Below, in pieces: positions 7,998-14,017 of a stretch of 14,017 nt of DNA. How positions within the stretch are numbered: position 1 is the first letter of the stretch; each line of letters begins with the position of its first letter. A program made the translations under genes and the position numbers. The notes under the pieces are model-generated. The model saw nothing but the letters and a program-made list of their open reading frames with translations. It was not told the origin of the DNA and searched no databases. The stretch is from assembly GCF_006345805.1 (NCBI RefSeq), contig NW_021825937.1:1-14017 (forward strand), in the 5' to 3' direction. This DNA is from Octopus sinensis (lineage: Eukaryota).

Positions 7998-8269
7998 TTT
8001 CTGTTTAAGATATTACAGGGAAAAAGAGAATAAAATTAAGAAATGAAAGGGAAGGAAATAGAAAAAGGAAAGTGTAATGGATACATAGAAAAATATAAGT
8101 CAACAAAGCAAGCGAGAAGTTGGTAAAGAAACACAAGAGAATAAAAACATAGGTTTTGAAGAGGAAATCAGTCAGTTAATAAATGTTAAGATATGAACGC
8201 TCACACACATCCACGAATACATACATACGATTTTTATTGTATTTTTATTGTATTTTTTATTGTATTTAT

Positions 8270-8560
8270 ATTTGTGTAACATTGTCCGTTTTTTCCGTCC
8301 TTGTTATTGTATACATTCGCTGCTTTCTTCCAAGGAATCTAATGCTCTTAGCTTAGTTTTTCCTTGGGGCTGGCCAGATTGGAGCAATCTCAAGAATAAT
8401 CAGCCGAAATTGCGAGGATAATCTGGTGCTTGACTGAAGGAAGAAAACTTCGAATGACCCGTCCTTGTTTTCTTTGTATCGTCTATCTGGATGTTTCGTT
8501 GTCCCTTTTTGTATCACCTAGCTGTCCGGATGTTTTGCGTTCTTGTCCCATTTGTGTATT
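8270..8560. repeat. Unclassified, stem-loop-rich interspersed repeat-like segment
   Basis: Several inverted repeats and an internal direct repeat (tatctggatgtttcgttgtcc / tgtccggatgttttgcgttcttgtcc), flanked by simple repeats. I recall it as an octopus repeat but cannot name the family. Confidence 0.45.
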
Positions 8561-8562
8561 AA

Positions 8563-8582
8563 ATATATATATATATATATAT

Positions 8583-8625
<43 letters not shown>

Positions 8626-8650
8626 TGTGTGTGTGTGGTGTGTGTGTGTA
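8563..8650. repeat. (TA)n-(TG)n microsatellite
   Basis: Directly visible. Confidence 0.95.
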
Positions 8651-9559
8651 ATACATATATACTATGTGTGTGAGTGAATTTGTGTTGTTTAATAACTATA
8701 GAAAGGGAAAAATCTATCTTACTGTATGGAGAGATAATGATGATTATGAGTCTGTTTAGTAATGTGATGGTTAGGTCGTGTTGCGCAATAAATGCTTGCT
8801 TATAAAAGTGTTTACATTTCACCGAAATCTTAGATCTAACATTTATGTAGTGGTCGAAATTATACAGATTTTGTCAAAATGTGCAAAGATCCCTTTTATT
8901 TTGTTATGATGTTAAGGCAAGGTGTAAAGTTTAAAACTAACTTAATTTATTAAACACGGAAATATATCTGCCTCCTTTCTAATCCTCACAGCAACCTCCG
9001 CTCACCCCCCATAAGAAATTCTGGTTTAAAATACACATCTCAGTAGCATTCAAAGGTTTTGCCCTTATTTGTTACTATTCCATATCATTTAGTCATATGT
9101 AAAGGTGCGTTCTTTCTATACCCATGCTTACACATTAAAACCTTAGGTAAAATTAAAATGATACGCCAGTGAAAGAAACATAAGAAAGTCTTACGTATCA
9201 AGTGACACCCTTTATCAAAGAGAAGGAAAAGGAATAAGAAATGCAAGAGAAAAAGCAAAAGATATACATGTCAGGTATAGAATATCCCAAATATATATAT
9301 GATACTGAAACTTCCGATTTTCTATTACTGTTTGGTTCTTAACAACCACGATTTATAATAATATAAAGTGATGGCCGAAACATTTGTAGTAGACGTGCAG
9401 TTGAATCTAAACAGCTTCTTACATAAATTGGGTGTACTAAACATAGTTGTTACATTGCACAACTGTCATTTCGGAGTGGTTTCTTCCAATTATCTTTTTT
9501 AATGGTTATATTTCAATGAAAATCAAATAACAAAAGAATGAAATATACAGAATGATTTT

Positions 9560-10170
9560 CCTTCTTTTTTCCGCTTTTTCTCTGTTTCTTTCATTCTTCA
9601 TTATTTTTCTTTCGCTCTTTCACTTATCCTTTCATGCTACCTTTACTCCTTTCTCCTCTCTTGTTTTTTTTTTCTCTTCTTAACGTAAATCTTAATTTCA
9701 TTCTTTCTTCCTGTCTTCCTTTATTGCTTTGTCCTACATCCATTCTTTTCCCCTCTGAATAATTATTTTTTCTTCGTTCATTCTACACTTTCTATCAATT
9801 ATTCATTCATTCTCTCTTCCCATTTTTCTATTCTTTCTATCATTCACTCATTCTTTCTTCCTTTTCCGTCATTCATTTCATTTTCATTCTTTCCTCATAT
9901 CTTCCGATTTCCTCTTTCTTCCTTTATGTCTATCTGTCTCATTTTCTTCCTTGTTTTTTACTCCCTTGGTTTCTTTCTACCTATCGTCTGTCATTCATTC
10001 ATTCTCTCTTTCCATTTTTATTCTTTCTTTCATTCACCCATTCTTTTCTCTTTTCTTTTTCATTCTTTCTTCATAGCTTCTTATTTTCTCTTCTTTTATA
10101 TCTATCTATCTTTCATTTTCTTTCTTGGTTCCTTTCTCTCTTGGCTTCTTTCTACCTGTCGTCTGCAATT
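9560..10170. repeat. ~600-bp pyrimidine-rich low-complexity tract (TTC/TTCA/TCTA-derived)
   Basis: Strong C/T strand bias with recurring ttcattc, ttctttc and tctatc units. Confidence 0.9.
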
Positions 10171-10435
10171 CATTCATTCTCGGACCTATCTCAATATTGT
10201 ATGTGTTTTAGTTACTGACATTAACACCTGAACAGTTATCGATCCTTAAAAACAAGTCAATCGATATAAATAGTGCTTATATATACAACGGTCTTACAAT
10301 AACAAAACCGTACTTGTTTCTTAAAAAGAACCATTACTAAGCCGAACACTGCTTCTTTGAATTTGTATATACTGCATACTTAGTAAAACATATAATTAAA
10401 ACGTTCGATTTAATTCATTGACTCAAAGGTCATAT

Positions 10436-10694
10436 ATAAATATGTATGTATGCAATTATGTATGTGAGTATGTATGTATGCATGTATGTATGTATATATA
10501 TATATATATATATACATCACATACATATACACACATACATATATATATATATACATAAATGTATGAAAATAAACATTTGTATATATGTATTTATGTATTT
10601 ATATATATACTCAGGTATCTTAAAAGTAGACATATATATATAGGTAGGTAGGTTGAAAGATATATATATATATATATATAATATATATATAGAT

Positions 10695-10750
<56 letters not shown>
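10436..10750. repeat. Compound microsatellites (TATG)n/(TA)n/(CATA)n and (GA)n at 10697-10750
   Basis: Directly visible. Confidence 0.96.
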
Positions 10751-10754
<4 letters not shown>

Positions 10755-10770
10755 TATATACATATCTTAT

Positions 10771-11045
10771 GTGGTTTAGTGGTTGGGTGTTGTACTGAAG
10801 ATCGTAAGATCGTGGTATCGATATCCAAACCGGGCGATGCATTGTGATCTTGAGCAAGATACTTCACCTTACTCCAGTCCACTCAACGGTAGTTAACCCT
10901 GAGACGGATTGGCGTTACTTTCAGCAGGAACATTGGCCTGCCCGTCTGGTCAGTGGTCTGGCATCACTAAAAAAGCTATAACAACATGAGCAAGTGCACT
11001 GTGACTAGCGGTGTATTACAACATCTGATAGCCTGATCGATGCGG
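10771..11045 (+). mobile_element. tRNA-derived SINE (family A here), diverged
   Basis: A-box-like tggtttagtgg (10772-10782) and B-box-like ggtatcgatatcc (10814-10826). The head aligns with 12614-12699. aaccctgagacggattggcg (10895-10914) resembles the V-SINE central domain (recall). The 3' end is approximate. Confidence 0.75.
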
Positions 11046-11246
11046 GCATTTATTACGTAGCTGAATGTTGCCGTTGGTGTTGGTGCATTGGAGTTAGCTT
11101 CTAAGGTAATACCAACAGATCACTAACTTGGGTTGATCATACCAGATTGTGTCACTAGGTGAGGCTGCCTGATTGTTAAGATAACAGAAACATCCAATAC
11201 CCGCTGACAGTGCACTGGGGTGCATCACAAGATGCTGAACGAAATA

Positions 11247-11971
11247 CGAGAGAAATTCAAAAATTATACGCACTCTTGTTTTTTTGCTTTTTAATGTATT
11301 TACACAAAACCAGGAGATAAACAAGTACGTCATTTTTCTATATAGTCTCCTTCCTTTTCGATGCACTTGTCCCAGCGGTCCACAAGCTTACGTATTCCTT
11401 CCAAGAAGAAGGTTTTTGATTGGTCGTGCAACCATTTATGCACCACTTCTTTAACGTTTTCCTCAGTAAATAATCTACGACCACGTGAACCATCTTTGAG
11501 CGGTCCAAATATATGATAGTTGGAACGGGTAAGATCTGGGCTGTAGGCAGAGTGTTTCAGCACCTCAAAACCCAATTAGTTAATGGTTTCAACAGTCTTG
11601 GCGGCCGTGTGTGGGCGTTCGTTGTCATGCAACAACAACAAAGTTTTCTTCGACTATAGACTTCGGGGTTTGGTGCGAATTGCTTCCATTCAGTTTGTTG
11701 ACCAGCAAAGCACTGCATCTTGCACTGCTGATCGTGTACGTCTTTTCCAGAGAATTCGAATCACTGCTCTTTGTTCTTCTTTGGTGCACAATGCTAGAGT
11801 AGCGTCCATGCTTACGCTGTACATCCAGAAAGAAAAATTGCACGATCAGGCACAAACATCGATCACGTGACCTCAATAGTCCCAACTATAAGCACGCATG
11901 CACAGAAAGCAGTGTGACAATAGTAAAGATATGTTATGGCGAAAGTGCGGATAATTTTTGACTTCCTCTCA
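11247..11971 (-). mobile_element. Internally deleted mariner (Tc1/mariner, D34D) DNA transposon, 725 bp
   Basis: 28-bp TIRs: cgagagaaattcaaaaattatacgcact (11247-11274) vs the reverse complement of 11944-11971, tgagaggaagtcaaaaattatccgcact (4 mismatches). TA dinucleotides flank both ends (11245-46, 11972-73). Transposase remnants lie inside. Confidence 0.95.
11330..11809 (-). pseudogene. Mariner transposase pseudogene
   Basis: N-terminus MDATLALCTKEEQRAVIRILW (ATG at 11809) is joined directly to TISSARCSALLVNKL..AIRTKPRSL*SKKTLLLLHDNERPHTAAKTVETIN*LGFEVLKHSAYSPDLTRSNYHIFGPLK...RWDKCIEKEGDYIEK*. It has HDN and YSPDL motifs with 34 residues between the D and the third catalytic position, which is now N. 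Contains stops and a frameshift. Confidence 0.95.
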
Positions 11972-12084
11972 TATATGTATGTGTGTGTGTGGGGGGGGGG
12001 TATTAAAAAGACGGAATATCGTCTTTGATCATGAGTCTCTTCGATCAGTGGTGTCTAAAAGAATGCCTTGCATGGTCTCGCAAT

Positions 12085-12160
12085 CTGCTAAAAGTAACAG
12101 TCAAATCTCCCTCGAACAATATCTTAATGTCTTAAAAAATGGAAGAACATATTGTGTATC
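12085..12160 (-). repeat. Family D fragment, copy 3
   Basis: Reverse complement caatatgttcttccattttttaagac...cgagggagatttgactgttacttttagcag matches 6140-6225 and 6340-6397. Confidence 0.6.
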
Positions 12161-12387
12161 GCTTTCATATCTTCTTTTTTAATTATCTTTTTTTTTTTTT
12201 CTAAGGAAAATGTGGTTCCGTCCCAGATGGAAATGGCTTGCTCTATTGGTCTAGAAGTCTAGAGGACCACAGCTAACGGCACAGCAGTACCAATAACAAC
12301 AATGACAGCAACAATAACTTCTAAACTAATAACAGTTGTAAGAATAACAGCAGAAATAACAACAATAACAACAACAGCAACAGAAAT

Positions 12388-12990
12388 AGATTTCTTTATT
12401 GGCCATGCAGGGCTAAACACAGAAGGGACAAAATACAAAGTAAAGCTTTTCTTTTTAGGAAGAAGAGAAGGAAAAAAAAGGGGTCGAATTCCGATCAAAA
12501 GGGATCGTGAAAAGAAATAAAAAAGTGGGGACGACCAATAGGGATCGTGTATCACAGAAATGTCAATGTAAAAAGGGAAAACAGATTAGGTTTGTCCGTG
12601 GCTAGAAAAGCCTGGCTTAGTGGTTAGGGTGTCAGCATCATGATCGTAAGATTGTGGTTTCGATTCCTGGATCGGGCGACGCGTTGTGTTCGTGAGAAAG
12701 GCGGCGAGCTGGCAGAAATGTTAACACGCCGGGCGAAATGCTTTGTGGTATTTCGTCTGTCGTTATGTTCTGAGTTCAAATTCCGCCGAGGTCGACTTTG
12801 CCTTTCATCCTTTCGGGGTCGATAAATTAAGCACCAGTTACGCACTGGGGTCGATGTAATCGACTTAATCCGTTTATCTGTTCTTGTTTGTCCCCTCTGT
12901 GTTTAGCCCCTTGTGGGCAATAAAGAAATAAGAAAAGCCTACGGAAAAGACCACGGGAATCTTGGGCAATAGTGTCATGCAAAAAGAAAA
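12388..12990 (-). mobile_element. 3' end of a retroposon (probable LINE 3' region) interrupted by the composite SINE
   Basis: The minus strand ends ttgtcccttctgtgtttagccctgcatggccaataaagaaat, the same tail as the family B SINE, but its upstream sequence is unrelated to the SINE body. It is contiguous across the insertion once one TSD copy is removed. No RT domain is visible, so LINE identity is inference. Confidence 0.55.
12614..12930 (+). mobile_element. Composite SINE: family A tRNA head (12614-12699) fused to a full-length family B SINE (12700-12930), 10-bp TSD
   Basis: TSD agaaaagcct at 12604-12613 and 12931-12940. First head has A box (t)ggcttagtgg and B-box-like ggtttcgattcc. Second head starts ggcggcgagctggcagaa, has B box gagttcaaattcc (12772-12784) and an acceptor-stem-like pairing ggcgg/ccgcc. 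Tail ends aataaagaaata. Confidence 0.92.
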
Positions 12991-14006
12991 CACATTAAAG
13001 TAACAGGCAAAACAGCAGCAACAACAACAACTGTAGCAGCAACAATAACAACAACAGGAGCAGAAGATAAAGTAAGAGAAACAACAACAGCAGAAGCAAG
13101 AACAAAAAGAATAATACCAGCGACAATGCCACCAAGAACACACATGCCACCATCAGAATCAGCGACAACAGAGACAATAAGAAGAACAGAAACACTACCA
13201 ACAACAACAGCAGCAGCAGCAGCAGCAGCACCAAGACACCGCCGTCGTCACCATCGCCACCAACACTACCACTACTATCACTACTACCACCGTCATCACC
13301 AACAACAGCATCACCATCTGCAATGAAAAACAACAGCCAAACAGAATCAGCCACTGTAGCAACACCACCTTTTGCCAGCTGCTGCTGCTGCTACTACTAC
13401 TACTACTACTACTACTACAATGGCAACAACAGCAACAACAAAACCTCAAATGACAACATCAACACTAATGCCACCGTCACCAACGTTATCACCATCAGCA
13501 TCATCACCAACAACAACAGCAACAGTAACAACATCACTGCTACCACCACCACGATCACCATCACCATCACCACCACCACCACCACCATCACCATCGTCAC
13601 CACCACCAACAAAAACATCGACGACGACGACATTCACAACCACCACCACCACCACCATCTCCATCATCACCAACAACAACTACATCATCACAACCACCAT
13701 CACCACCACCACCATCACTATCATCACCACCAACAGCAACAACAACGACATCACAATCACCACCACTACCATCATCACCACCACCACCATCTCCATCATC
13801 ACCACCAACAACATCATCACAACCACCATCACAATCACCATCATCACCACCACGAACAGCAACAACGGCATCACAACCACCACCACCACCACCACCACCA
13901 CCATCACCACCACCACCACCATCTTCACCACCAACAACAACAGCGACATCACACCGCCACCACCACCACCACCACCACTAACAACAACAGCAACACAACC
14001 CCCTAG
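12990..14006. repeat. ~1-kb trinucleotide low-complexity array (AAC/AGC/TAC/CAC/CAT), partly cryptic, with higher-order units near the 3' end
   Basis: Directly visible triplet periodicity. Confidence 0.93.
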
Positions 14007-14017
14007 AGAAGTACATA

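Noticed and set aside
11583-11885. ORFs 11583-11870 (+), 11611-11802 (+) and 11625-11885 (-)
   Set aside because: They are antisense or frameshift-fused readings of the mariner transposase pseudogene.
12614-12790. tRNA-like A/B boxes as genuine tRNA genes (also at 6404-6470 and 10771-10830)
   Set aside because: They continue into SINE bodies and tails, have TSDs or multiple diverged copies, and do not form canonical cloverleaves.
13323-14006. 227-aa Asn/Thr/His/Gln-rich ORF and antisense ORFs
   Set aside because: Trinucleotide array lacking stop codons by composition, with no splice or homology support.
1-14017. CRISPR array, rRNA or prokaryotic operon features
   Set aside because: No regularly spaced repeat-spacer structure, rRNA-like sequence or dense gene packing. 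The window is eukaryotic repeat-rich DNA.

Overview
AT-rich (eukaryotic, animal-type) non-coding DNA packed with compound microsatellites, tRNA-derived SINEs and decayed transposons. The SINE sequences and microsatellite density resemble an octopus/coleoid cephalopod genome; this is inference from recall, not a search. I find no intact protein-coding gene, and almost all ORF-track entries are microsatellite artefacts. Recognisable elements: a 5'-truncated RTE-type LINE 3' end with a degenerate target-site duplication (TSD); an internally deleted D34D mariner with 28-bp TIRs and TA TSDs; at least three SINE families; and one weak candidate 102-nt minus-strand exon. The best leads are (1) a complete minimal type I hammerhead ribozyme fold at 1972-2046, with all core nucleotides and a palindromic stem III loop of the dimer-cleaving Penelope/satellite type, plus weaker hammerhead-like relics elsewhere; (2) a two-headed composite SINE enclosed by one 10-bp TSD, inserted antisense into an element that shares its 3' tail.
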